DNA of 64,000 bases from Chloroflexota bacterium (GTDB lineage Bacteria > Chloroflexota > UBA11872): NCBI GenBank assembly GCA_965263175.1, contig OZ253587.1, positions 607,341 to 671,340 on the forward strand, written 5' to 3'. Below are positions 17,220 through 26,095 of this stretch, in pieces. Each line of letters opens with the position of its first letter. Positions within the stretch are counted from its first letter, which is position 1. The translations under genes were made by a program, and so were the position numbers. The notes beneath the pieces were generated by a model that saw only the letters and a program-made list of their open reading frames with translations, searched no databases and was not told the DNA's origin.

Positions 17220-17870
17220 CTAGAGCGCTCCGGCGGCCCAGCGGATGCCGCGGTGCAGCACGGTGCGGAAGCCGGGGTCGGCAAACGTGGCGTTGTCGTG
17301 ACCCGACTGAAAGCAGAACACGCGGGCCTTCCGGAACTGACGCGTCCAGGCCAGGGTGCGCATGCTCAGCGTGTGGTCGGTGGTGAGCAGGATGCGGCTG
17401 TCTTTGTCGGCACTGGACATGGTGTAGGTCTCGTCCGGCAACTCCCAGTCGTCCAGGCCTGCCGTGATGGGGTGTGCCGAATCGGCCACCTGGATTGGCA
17501 CCTGCTGGTCATGGTGGAAGCCGAAGGTACGGTCGTTGATGCCGCAGATCTGGGACCAGCGCGGCCAGGCGGGGAAGGCCAACAGCGCGTGGTGCAGCAC
17601 CACGATGCCCTGCGACGTCTGGCCTAACGATTCGAGCGCCGCGGCCATCCGCTCGTCCGGCGCCGGACGGTGGAAGTTGTAGAAGACGAGCACGTCGTAC
17701 TCGTCGCGCACGCCGCCTTGATCCGCGACGAAGTTCTCCAGGGCCTGCGGATAGGCGTCGACGTCCGTCATGCCGCGGAAGGCCGCCTGGAAGCCCGGGA
17801 CGTCAAAGTTGTGCTCGCCGGTGATGACCGCGGCCGTGATGGTGTTGTCGTCGTTCGGCAGGCTTCCCAT
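17220..17870 (-). CDS. ThuA-domain protein (trehalose-utilisation-like)
   Basis: 216 aa. VLVFYNFH and C-terminal GHDNATFADPGFRTVLHRGIRWAAG resemble ThuA family signatures. Confidence 0.6.
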   Translation of the reverse strand: MGSLPNDDNTITAAVITGEHNFDVPGFQAAFRGMTDVDAYPQALENFVADQGGVRDEYDVLVFYNFHRPAPDERMAAALESLGQTSQGIVVLHHALLAFPAWPRWSQICGINDRTFGFHHDQQVPIQVADSAHPITAGLDDWELPDETYTMSSADKDSRILLTTDHTLSMRTLAWTRQFRKARVFCFQSGHDNATFADPGFRTVLHRGIRWAAGAL

Positions 17871-17937
17871 GTGCTACCTCTTAGTCGGGAGTACGGCGAC
17901 GCGGCCGGTCCTGCCGGCGGCGGATGGCTGACTGCAT

Positions 17938-18768
17938 CTAACCTATTGCCGCTTTAAGCGCCTCAACCTGCTGGCGGATTCCGACTTCCGTCGGCAGGCG
18001 TTCGATGCTGGATGCGCCAAAGAATCCGGCCACGCCTTCGGTGTTTTCAAGGACGTAGCGCACGTCACCTGGGTCGGCGATCGGCCCTCCGTGACACAGC
18101 ACCACAGCGTCGGGTTTCTCGGCCACGGCGGCGTCGTGAATGGCCTGGACGCTTGCCACGGCGTCGTCCAGCGTCAGCGCGGTGGTGGCGCCGATGGACC
18201 CCTTGGTGGTCAGGCCCATGTGCGGCACCAGTACGTCCGCGCCGGCCCGGCTCATCGCCACCGCCTGCTCGGCATCAAACACGTAGGGACAGGTCAGCAT
18301 GTCCAGGTCGTGGGCCTGGCGGATCAGGTCCACTTCCAGGCCGAAGCCCATGTTGGTTTCCTCGAGGCCCTGGCGGAAGATGCCGTCGATAAGGCCCACC
18401 GTCGGAAAGTTCTGCACGCCGTCGAAGCCCATGGCCTTGAGCTGCCGCAGAAACGTGGGCATGAGCCGGAACGGATCGGTGCCGCAGACGCCTGCCAGCA
18501 CCGGCGTGTCCTGGACCACCGGCAGCACTTCCGCCGCCATATCCACCACGATGGCGTTGGCGTCGCCGAAGGGCATCATCCCGGACAGGGACCCGCGGCC
18601 CGCCATCCGGTAGCGGCCGGAGTTGTAGATGATGATCAGGTCCGCGCCGCCCTGCTCGGCGAACTTAGCGGTGATGCCGGTTCCGGCGCCGCAGCCGATG
18701 ACCGGCTGACCCGCGTCGAGCGTGGCTTGTAGGCGCCGCAAGGCCTCAGCGCGTGGAATGTACGGCAT
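17938..18768 (-). CDS. phosphoenolpyruvate hydrolase-like TIM-barrel protein (Tm-1 C-terminal-domain homologue)
   Basis: [50 protein letters not shown] is the typical N-terminus of this family. It lies next to the UPF0261 partner. Confidence 0.75.
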   Translation of the reverse strand: MPYIPRAEALRRLQATLDAGQPVIGCGAGTGITAKFAEQGGADLIIIYNSGRYRMAGRGSLSGMMPFGDANAIVVDMAAEVLPVVQDTPVLAGVCGTDPFRLMPTFLRQLKAMGFDGVQNFPTVGLIDGIFRQGLEETNMGFGLEVDLIRQAHDLDMLTCPYVFDAEQAVAMSRAGADVLVPHMGLTTKGSIGATTALTLDDAVASVQAIHDAAVAEKPDAVVLCHGGPIADPGDVRYVLENTEGVAGFFGASSIERLPTEVGIRQQVEALKAAIG

Positions 18769-18828
18769 GGCCGCGTTCCTTTCGTTCGGTTGAGGGACTC
18801 CCCGGCGGCCCGGCGTAGGTGCGCATGG

Positions 18829-20034
18829 TCAGGCCAGGAACTCCAGCAGCTTGTCCGTCATGGCGTCGGCGAATGCCTCGTCGTTGACGTTGTGGTCCAA
18901 TTCGTAGACGGGAATGTCGTCGCGCAGGTGCCGCTTGATGGCGTCGAACAGCGCTTGGTCGGCTTCCGGCCAATGGAACTCTTCGCCGGGCGCGCCCAGC
19001 AGTGACAGGCCCTTCAGCGGCAGGAAGATCGCCGTGGGCGCGGAGGCGCCGTTGGCCTTCTCGGCCAGGATGCGGCCAAGCTCTGCGTTCTCCTCGGGGT
19101 TCGTGCGCATCAGGGATATGTTGGGATTCCAATAGTGGAAGCGGCGGCCCTTGAACTTGTCGGGAATCGTCGCCGGTGCCTGGAAATTCACCATGTCCAG
19201 GCAGCCGGGCGCGATGACCTGCGGTACGCCCTGCGCCGCCGCGGCCTCCAGGCGGTTGGGGCCGGCCGCCATCACGCCGCCCACCAGTTCGTCTGCCCAC
19301 TCAGTGGTCGTCACGTCCAGGACGCCGGTGGCGAAGCCGCCGGCTATCACATCCTCCATCGTCCGTCCGCCGGTGCCGGTGGCGTGGAACACCAGGACCT
19401 CGTAGCCCAGCGCGTCCAGCCGCTCGCGGCAGCGCTCCACGGCCGGCGTGGTGTTGCCGAACATCGAAGCGGCGATCAGCGGCTTGTCTTCGATTTCCGG
19501 GGCGGCCGTTTCCACCATGCCCACCACCGCGCCCACCGCGTTGGCGTAGATGCGGGCGCTGATGCGGTTCACGCCCGCCACGTCCACGATCGACGGCAGC
19601 ATCACCACATCCTTGGTGTCCACGTAGCCGCTGGTGTCGCCGGAGGCGACCGTGCTGACCATCACCTTGGGCACGCCCACCGGCAGCGCGCGCATGGCCG
19701 CCGTGCCGACCGCCGTGCCAGCGCTGCCGCCCATCCCGAGAATCCCGTCTATCTGGCCTTCGTCGAAGAGCCGACGCACAACGGCGGCGCCGCCTTGGGC
19801 CATCACGCCGATGGCCGTGCCGCGGTCGCCCTGCGCGCGCAGGTCCGCCAGGCCGGTTCCACCGGCTTTCGCGACTTCGCCGGCGGAGATGTCAGGCTCG
19901 AAGCCGGGTTCGCCGATGACGCCGGTATCGATCACCAGCGTCCGATGTCCGCGCCGCTCGATTTCGCGGCGGACGAAGGCAAACTCGCTGCCCTTCGTAT
20001 CCAGCGCGCCGATCACCGCGATGGTCTTCGACAT
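18829..20034 (-). CDS. Tm-1-like ATP-binding protein (UPF0261 family)
   Basis: MSKTIAVIGALDTKGSEFAFVRREIERRGHRTLVIDTGV and a 401-aa length match UPF0261. Confidence 0.75.
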   Translation of the reverse strand: MSKTIAVIGALDTKGSEFAFVRREIERRGHRTLVIDTGVIGEPGFEPDISAGEVAKAGGTGLADLRAQGDRGTAIGVMAQGGAAVVRRLFDEGQIDGILGMGGSAGTAVGTAAMRALPVGVPKVMVSTVASGDTSGYVDTKDVVMLPSIVDVAGVNRISARIYANAVGAVVGMVETAAPEIEDKPLIAASMFGNTTPAVERCRERLDALGYEVLVFHATGTGGRTMEDVIAGGFATGVLDVTTTEWADELVGGVMAAGPNRLEAAAAQGVPQVIAPGCLDMVNFQAPATIPDKFKGRRFHYWNPNISLMRTNPEENAELGRILAEKANGASAPTAIFLPLKGLSLLGAPGEEFHWPEADQALFDAIKRHLRDDIPVYELDHNVNDEAFADAMTDKLLEFLA

Positions 20035-20135
20035 GCCGTCCTCCTGTGCGCGCTCGCTAACACTGACGTCTACGGCCGCGCCTCCGCCAGATACTTCGCC
20101 ACCTTAACCGGTTGGCGGTGCGGTTGCTCGTCATG

Positions 20136-20753
20136 TCAGGGCTGCGCTACCAGATCGTCCGCCACCAGCCGCGCGGCGTTCAGCGCCACGGCCGCCAGGG
20201 CGTCGTGTCGCAGCGGCCAATCCGGCGGGAGCTCGGCAAAGACGGCGTACGTGCCCGGCGTGGCCGGTTGCACTACCAGCGCTTGGCCTAGGGTGACCGT
20301 TGGTACGTGGTGCCAAAGGTTGCCGTCCAGCCGGTAGACGCTGGCTGTTGCCCTGTCCTGCTGCGCGAATGTGAGGCGCGCCGCGTCCGAGAGCCTCGTC
20401 GCCCTGCCGCTGGCGTCTCGGGCCGTGATCGTGATCGCCGGGGAGATGCGCAGCAGGTTGGGTCCTGCGCTGGGCAGCGCCACGTAGGTCGGCTGCGCCA
20501 GCAGCGTGAGGTCCACCCCGTTCGCGAGCGTCGCCCGGTCCTCCTCCAGCGTCGCGCTCGAGATCCGCAGCGTCAGCGGCGTGGGACCCGCGCTTTGCCC
20601 CACCGCCGGCGTTGGTGTTGGCGCCGGTTCGCGCAGCCGCACATCCGGGGCCGTCTGCGCTCGCGCGGCTGGTGGCGCGGGCGACCAGAGCGTGGCGACG
20701 GCCAGCATGACAACCACCGCCGCGGCCACCCCCGTCGTCAACCAGCGGCTCAT
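20136..20753 (-). CDS. membrane-anchored secreted hypothetical protein (205 aa)
   Basis: Start ATG 20753 (MSRWLTTGVAAAVVVMLAVATLW) overlaps the stop of the DUF2723 gene (ATGA). Signal/anchor helix followed by a Pro/Thr/Ala linker (EPAPTPTPAV). Confidence 0.65.
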   Translation of the reverse strand: MSRWLTTGVAAAVVVMLAVATLWSPAPPAARAQTAPDVRLREPAPTPTPAVGQSAGPTPLTLRISSATLEEDRATLANGVDLTLLAQPTYVALPSAGPNLLRISPAITITARDASGRATRLSDAARLTFAQQDRATASVYRLDGNLWHHVPTVTLGQALVVQPATPGTYAVFAELPPDWPLRHDALAAVALNAARLVADDLVAQP

Positions 20754-22291
20754 GGCCCGGACAGCTGTCGCACGGTCGCCAACACGTCGGCCGAGCCGAT
20801 CCCGCTCGCTTGAATGTCCACGGCCACCAGCGGCCGGTCCGCCGGCCATTGACCGGCGGCCAGCAGGATGTCGGGCGGCGCGCTTGTTGGAATGGTGGCC
20901 TGCCGTTCCAGCGTCTCCCGATACCAGGCGAACTGAAGAAGACGCCGGTCGACGATCGTCACGTCCTTGGGGCCGCCCGGTGCGTAGCGCGCGTACCAGA
21001 GCGGGAAGGTCGCGCGGTCGTCCTCGGTCACGAGCACGCTTCCGGTCTCGGCCTGCGCCAGCGCCGCGTGTGCGAAGGCCGCGGCGTGCGTCGCGTCGCG
21101 CATGGAAATCTCCGGGGCCAGTTCCGTGCCACGAATGACCGCCGTCGTGATCAGCACCGTCGGGATCATCGCCGCAACCAGGCGGCGCGTGCTGGGCCCG
21201 CCGGCTGAGGCCATCCGTCCGACTGCATCCACACCCACAACCGACCACACAGCGGCAACCGCCAGGGCCGGCAGGATGAACACTTGGTCGTCGCGCGTGC
21301 TGTACAGCGCGCCGAACGCCAGCGTGCTGACCGTCAGCCACACCGTCGCCAGCGCGGCGTACCCGTGCCGCCGCGTCAGCGCCGCGCCGCCTACCGCCAG
21401 CAGCGGTAGCAGCGTCCAGGTCAATTGGCGCACGAGTTCGCCCAGCAGCCAGGCCGCCTTCGCTGCTGCGGCGCCGACATCGCTTCCGCCCAGGCGCGAG
21501 CGGTAGATCTCGCCGCTCACGACGGCCCAAAACCTCTCCAGCGTCGTCGGCGCGCCCCAGTTGATCGGCGGGTCCAGCGCCGCCGCGATGGGCAGATAGA
21601 CGTACACCGCGCAGCCCGCTGCGAAGCCCACGGCGACCAGCGCGGCCAAGCGCCAAGCCTCACGCGAGCGCGGCCAGTGCCCAAGCAAAATCGCTGCCAG
21701 CGCCGGCCCGCCCAGTGCCACCGTGAGATGCGCTCCCATACCCAGGCCCAGCAACACCCCGGCCGAGGCAGCCCACCTGGCCCGCCCGCCGCTTGTTGCC
21801 TGCTCGGCCCGCGCGCGGACCGCCGCGTAGAGCGCGCTCCACAGCAGCAGGCTGGCAAGCGCGTAAACCTCCGTGACGATCGCGTTCGACCAAACCAGCG
21901 GCGCCAGCCCGTAGAGGGTCAACACGGCCGCTCCCGCCGCTGCTTCCGGCAAGGGCAGCGCCGTGCCGGCGCGTGGACGCAGCCGGGCGGCCAGCAGACC
22001 CAGTGGAATCAGCGACCCGGCCGCCGCCAGCGCTGTCAGGACGTTCAGGCCTAGGGCCAAGTCACCCAGCGGGATGGCCCGAACCGCCAGTCCCAGCAGC
22101 ATCAGCGTGGGGTAGCCGGTCGGATGCGGCACGCCGCCCACGGCCACGGCGGCGACCAGGTCCCCGCTGTCGATCCCCGCGCCGGCCCACACCACTCCCG
22201 GCGCCAGTGTCAGCAGATACGCCGCCAGCGCCCCCGCCGCCGCGCTCAGCCCCATGGCGGCGCCCGCGTACCGGTCGGCTATACGCGGCAT
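20750..22291 (-). CDS. DUF2723/TMEM260-like GT-C-fold glycosyltransferase
   Basis: 513-aa polytopic membrane protein. N-terminal loop motif GIDSGDLVAAVAVGGVPHPTGYPTLMLLG matches the DUF2723 signature (D.GE...HPPGYP). Confidence 0.7.
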   Translation of the reverse strand: MPRIADRYAGAAMGLSAAAGALAAYLLTLAPGVVWAGAGIDSGDLVAAVAVGGVPHPTGYPTLMLLGLAVRAIPLGDLALGLNVLTALAAAGSLIPLGLLAARLRPRAGTALPLPEAAAGAAVLTLYGLAPLVWSNAIVTEVYALASLLLWSALYAAVRARAEQATSGGRARWAASAGVLLGLGMGAHLTVALGGPALAAILLGHWPRSREAWRLAALVAVGFAAGCAVYVYLPIAAALDPPINWGAPTTLERFWAVVSGEIYRSRLGGSDVGAAAAKAAWLLGELVRQLTWTLLPLLAVGGAALTRRHGYAALATVWLTVSTLAFGALYSTRDDQVFILPALAVAAVWSVVGVDAVGRMASAGGPSTRRLVAAMIPTVLITTAVIRGTELAPEISMRDATHAAAFAHAALAQAETGSVLVTEDDRATFPLWYARYAPGGPKDVTIVDRRLLQFAWYRETLERQATIPTSAPPDILLAAGQWPADRPLVAVDIQASGIGSADVLATVRQLSGP

Positions 22292-22303
22292 CCGGGCGCG
22301 CGC

Positions 22304-24112
22304 CTAGGTCAGCGCTCGACGCCGAAAGACGCGGCCCAGCCGTGTCAGATCAGACTTGGCGTCTGCCGCTTCCACCAGCGATATCCCCGCAAACGTGGTG
22401 AAGATCGGGTCGGGGATTCCGTGATCCGCGAAGACGAACCAACGCTCCACTCCCAGCTGGCGGCCTCGCGTTTCCAACCAGTCGAGGGCCTCGACCAGGA
22501 ATCGCTCGATCAGGTCCACGCGGAACCGACCCGCCGGTGCGACCAGGAGTTGCCCTTCCGGCCCTTCCGTGAAGCGCCAGTCGTCGTAGCCCCAGATGAT
22601 GGCGAACTCGGTCAACCAGATCGGGCGGCCACGGTGTTGGGGAATTGCGTCCAGGTATGCCCGCAGGTTTTCCAACTGTGCCTGCATCACCGATACGTCG
22701 GTCATCGGCGGATCGATCCAGTCGATCTCGTAGGCGTGGATGCCCCAGATATCGATCGGCGGCTCGCCGCCGCGCAGTTCGCGGTAGGCGGCTCGAAACC
22801 CGTCGATCCACTCGCGCCCTGTCAGGTCGTCGCCCGCGCAGCCCCGGCAGCGGAAATCGAAGTTCAGGGTGTTCGGCGCCACGATCCGCGCCGACGGATC
22901 GCCCGCACGGATGGCCGTCACCCCCCGGTCGAAGAAGGCCGCGTACGCCCGTGGACTCAGGTTGTCCTGCAAGCTCGTATTCGGCTCGTTTCCAATCACC
23001 CAGGCCGCCCCCGGATGCCGCGCCGCCCGCGCTCGCAACTCGGCCGCCGGCGGCTCGTTCCCAGGCCGCACCATCGCAACCATCTCAGCCCCCGGCGTGG
23101 CGCCGTCTATGTCAGCTGTGTAGTCCAGGTAGCTGCGGGCGCCGGTTCGGGCCAGCACGTTGCGCACGCTGCCGGCCGCGTGCTTGTGCAGGGTGATCAC
23201 GCCGTAGCGAGCATCGCCGGCGGGCGGCCAGGTCGTTGTGTCATTCGCGGGCCGGAAGGCGTCAGTCAGGTCGGTGCCCGGGATCGCGGCGGGGCGCCGT
23301 GCGCCCAGCGGCATTTCCGGCGCGTATTGGCGCAGCAAGGGACTGGCGGACGCCGCCGCGGCCAAGCTGGCGCTCAGGCTTTCGCCCGTAATCAGGGACT
23401 TTAGGTGGTCGCCCAGTAGCAGCCCGCCGGTGGCGCCAGTGGTCGCCGCGAAGTGCATGACCCCCCGCTGGAACCGTTGATAGATGAAGTTGGCGTTGGC
23501 CGGATCGGGCATTGGCCGGCTGAGCGGCAGGCCCCAGATCTCCAGCGCCGCCAGCTCCCGCAGGTGTGCTGGAATCGCGGCCGGCGCGGCCGCCAGAAAC
23601 TCGCGCAGGAAACCCACGTTGTGGGCCCGCCAGGCATCCGATACGTGCTCACGTATGAACGCACGCACGGCCCGGGAATATCCGGGCGAGCCAACCTGCG
23701 GGGCCGACGCGGCCAGGCTGTCGTCAATGGCCGGAATCGTCAGACCGCCGAAGCGTCGATATTCCAAGTAAGGCGCCTGCAAGATGTTCAAACCCCGCGG
23801 CGCCCCGCTTGGTCCGATCTGGATGCCCTGCCGCTGGAAGAGCTGAACGTCGAACCCATAGAGCGTGAACACGTTGCTGATCGGATACCCAAACGTCTCC
23901 ACACCGCCGCGAGACTCGAAGTAGGCTCGTGTCTCCGGATTCCAGACGCCAAAGCCCGTCTCCGAATAGAAGAGGGCGTCGTCCGAGTCCGCAGCGGCTG
24001 AACCAGCCGCCACCAGCACCACCAGCGCGGCGACGGCCAGACCGGCCAGACCGGCCAGATACGTCGGCCTAAGCAGCCGCCGGCCACGCTGTCGGGCTCT
24101 GCGGGTCGGCAA
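22304..24112 (-). CDS. secreted clan GH-A (TIM-barrel) glycoside hydrolase with N-terminal GYPIS module
   Basis: Signal/anchor RRLLRPTYLAGLAGLAVAALVVLVAAGSAAA. Acid/base motif WVIGNEPN and nucleophile motif IWLTEFA are typical of the glycosyl-hydrolase catalytic-core type. Confidence 0.65.
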   Translation of the reverse strand: MPTRRARQRGRRLLRPTYLAGLAGLAVAALVVLVAAGSAAADSDDALFYSETGFGVWNPETRAYFESRGGVETFGYPISNVFTLYGFDVQLFQRQGIQIGPSGAPRGLNILQAPYLEYRRFGGLTIPAIDDSLAASAPQVGSPGYSRAVRAFIREHVSDAWRAHNVGFLREFLAAAPAAIPAHLRELAALEIWGLPLSRPMPDPANANFIYQRFQRGVMHFAATTGATGGLLLGDHLKSLITGESLSASLAAAASASPLLRQYAPEMPLGARRPAAIPGTDLTDAFRPANDTTTWPPAGDARYGVITLHKHAAGSVRNVLARTGARSYLDYTADIDGATPGAEMVAMVRPGNEPPAAELRARAARHPGAAWVIGNEPNTSLQDNLSPRAYAAFFDRGVTAIRAGDPSARIVAPNTLNFDFRCRGCAGDDLTGREWIDGFRAAYRELRGGEPPIDIWGIHAYEIDWIDPPMTDVSVMQAQLENLRAYLDAIPQHRGRPIWLTEFAIIWGYDDWRFTEGPEGQLLVAPAGRFRVDLIERFLVEALDWLETRGRQLGVERWFVFADHGIPDPIFTTFAGISLVEAADAKSDLTRLGRVFRRRALT

Positions 24113-24120
24113 GCTGTCGA

Positions 24121-25296
24121 CTATGGGACTTTGGCGCCGCCGCGGCGGTTGGCCGCGATGGTCTTGAGAAACTCGCGGCCGATTGGGCGGATGGTTACTG
24201 TTTCGGTCGCGTTGTCCATCCGCAGCTTCAGGTGCTGGAAGTACTGGTCGGTGAATCCGGGCGCCGCGGGCACCGCCTCGGTAATCGGGTATCCCAGCAC
24301 CTCAACTTCGCCCAGGGCCAGGAACGAGGTCAGGAACGCGCCGCTCACGTTGTGGCCGGTCTGCGGGAAATACCGGCCCTCGCCCGAATTCGTCGCCGGG
24401 GGATCGGGTCCCGCGAACCGCCCGTCCTCGCCCCGCACCCAATGCGTGGCAAGCACCGGCTGAATCTCATATCCGGTGCCCGCCAACTCGGGGTAGTGCC
24501 CCAACACGCCGTTGGCGCAAACCTGGATGTACAAGCCCGCGCCCGCCGGGGCCTCCACGATCGTTCCGGCTGGCCCCACCGCCGCAAAGAACCCGTGCGT
24601 CAGGCATGGTCCCCAGGTGGCCTCGCCTCCGGTGGACGCGTAGAACGCCGCGAACTCGGGAATCACGGCCTGCGTGCCGGCACCCACAACGAAGGTGCCA
24701 GCCTCCGTGAACACAAAGTCCACGCAAACCGTCTGGCCGGCCAGGTGAGCCCCAATCCGCCGACCTGGGCTGACGGTCAGGTCCTCCAGGCCCACGCCCG
24801 GCGGTTTCATCGAAGCCGGGAAACACAGCCGCGACTGTTGTGCCCGAGTCAGCGATCCGGGCAGCGCGCCCCGTCCAGTGGCACCGACGCTGATTTGGAT
24901 GCCCACAATTGGCTGCCCGCCCGACGCTGCAGCGATGAACTGATCGGCTGCCGTCGTGGCTGTGCGTGGTAGTCGCCGGCGGCCTGGGCTCGACTCCAGC
25001 GTGGAAACATCCAGCACCCGCACGGTCGCTCGTGAGCCAGCAGATGCCTCCGCGCCACTTGTGAATGGGCTGACGGAAACCGTAATTTCCTCGGACGGCG
25101 GCGCCGGCGTCGGGGCGGGTGGGGTCAGCGCAGGCCCTGTCTGACCCTTCACGGCTGCCGGACGGTACGTACAGACCATCGCCGTAATCGCAAGCGCGGC
25201 TGCGACGATTACCCAGCAGACCAGCATGCGGTCCACGCGCGCCAGCTGCGTCGCTGCCGCGCGCATCAGGTCGTGGCTGCCCGTGTCATGCCGCAC
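24121..25296 (-). CDS. membrane-anchored secreted hypothetical protein (391 aa) with C-terminal GYPIT module
   Basis: TM anchor MLVCWVIVAAALAITAMVCTY, then linker PALTPPAPTPAPPSEE. C-terminal YFPQTGHNVSGAFLTSFLALGEVEVLGYPITE...DQYFQHLKLR. The start overlaps the upstream gene by 11 nt. Confidence 0.65.
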   Translation of the reverse strand: MRHDTGSHDLMRAAATQLARVDRMLVCWVIVAAALAITAMVCTYRPAAVKGQTGPALTPPAPTPAPPSEEITVSVSPFTSGAEASAGSRATVRVLDVSTLESSPGRRRLPRTATTAADQFIAAASGGQPIVGIQISVGATGRGALPGSLTRAQQSRLCFPASMKPPGVGLEDLTVSPGRRIGAHLAGQTVCVDFVFTEAGTFVVGAGTQAVIPEFAAFYASTGGEATWGPCLTHGFFAAVGPAGTIVEAPAGAGLYIQVCANGVLGHYPELAGTGYEIQPVLATHWVRGEDGRFAGPDPPATNSGEGRYFPQTGHNVSGAFLTSFLALGEVEVLGYPITEAVPAAPGFTDQYFQHLKLRMDNATETVTIRPIGREFLKTIAANRRGGAKVP

Positions 25297-26095
25297 GGGT
25301 CGCTCTTAGCTTGGCTTCAGTCTGAGCGAGCCGCGCCAGCAGCCTCTCGCCCCAGCCATTGTTGGGCTGGCTGCCCCACACCAGAACTACGGTGAGCACG
25401 GTCCGGGAACGTGTGACCGTCCACGTCTCGAGCGTGATTGCCATGCGCGTTCCATCCGGGCCAGTCAGCCAGCCGGTTCTGATCATGCGGGCGCCTGTCA
25501 GATCGGACGCCAGGTCGTGGCTGTTTGGCGGGGATGCCGCGAGTGCCGCGGTCAGCCCCAGTGCGCTCGCCGCGCTGCTGGAATCTGACAGTGCAAGGCT
25601 TTCGGTGAGGCTGGCCGCCGCCGCGAATTGGGCCGCGGACTCGGTGCTGGGGTGCTCGGTTTTCCGTGCGACCGCGGCCAGCGGGCCACCGCGTTCGATC
25701 CGCTCGTCGGGCAGCTTGGCGCGCTCGCTGAACCCGAACCCGACCACTGCGGCGCTGACGCCACCGGCGGGGCCTTGGTCGGGACGCGCGTCGGCTGTTG
25801 CGGCGAGCACTTCGAAGTAGTTCGGTCCAAGATCGGAGGCGATCGGCAGCCGCAGTCCTGCGGTGTCGCCACGCGCCGACGGGCGTGCAGGTGGCGCACG
25901 CAGGCCGCCGGTGCGTTGCCTCACCGGCGGCGCAGCACTCGGAGCCTGTGTGGCGGGCGCGAATGACGTGGCGACCGGATTTTCCGAACCCACTGGCCCA
26001 TTGGGCGGTGCGGGCTCCAGCGGTGTACACGCAACGAGCAGCGCAGCCCCGCCGAACGCGGCTAGCAGGCGGCGGCCTGTTCGCTGGCCGCTCAC
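25286..26095 (-). CDS. putative lipoprotein (269 aa)
   Basis: GTG start overlaps the DUF4012 stop (GTGA). Signal with lipobox-like LLVAC followed by TPLEPAPPNGP. Chosen over the alternative-frame ORF 25317-26117. Confidence 0.55.
   Translation of the reverse strand: MSGQRTGRRLLAAFGGAALLVACTPLEPAPPNGPVGSENPVATSFAPATQAPSAAPPVRQRTGGLRAPPARPSARGDTAGLRLPIASDLGPNYFEVLAATADARPDQGPAGGVSAAVVGFGFSERAKLPDERIERGGPLAAVARKTEHPSTESAAQFAAAASLTESLALSDSSSAASALGLTAALAASPPNSHDLASDLTGARMIRTGWLTGPDGTRMAITLETWTVTRSRTVLTVVLVWGSQPNNGWGERLLARLAQTEAKLRATRAA

Noticed and set aside
19135-20337. 400-aa plus-strand ORF
   Set aside because: It is antisense to the Tm-1-like UPF0261 gene. Its composition (Arg/Ala/His-rich) is an artefact of high GC.
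20754-21656. Upstream two-thirds of the 506-aa ORF 20136-21656
   Set aside because: The translation is Arg/Gly/Ala-rich low-complexity sequence. It lies entirely inside the well-supported DUF2723 gene in another frame. Only the part from ATG 20753 down looks like a real protein, with a signal anchor and coupling to the upstream stop.
22124-23404. 426-aa plus-strand ORF
   Set aside because: It is antisense to the GH-A hydrolase gene, which carries NEP and TEF catalytic motifs and a signal sequence.
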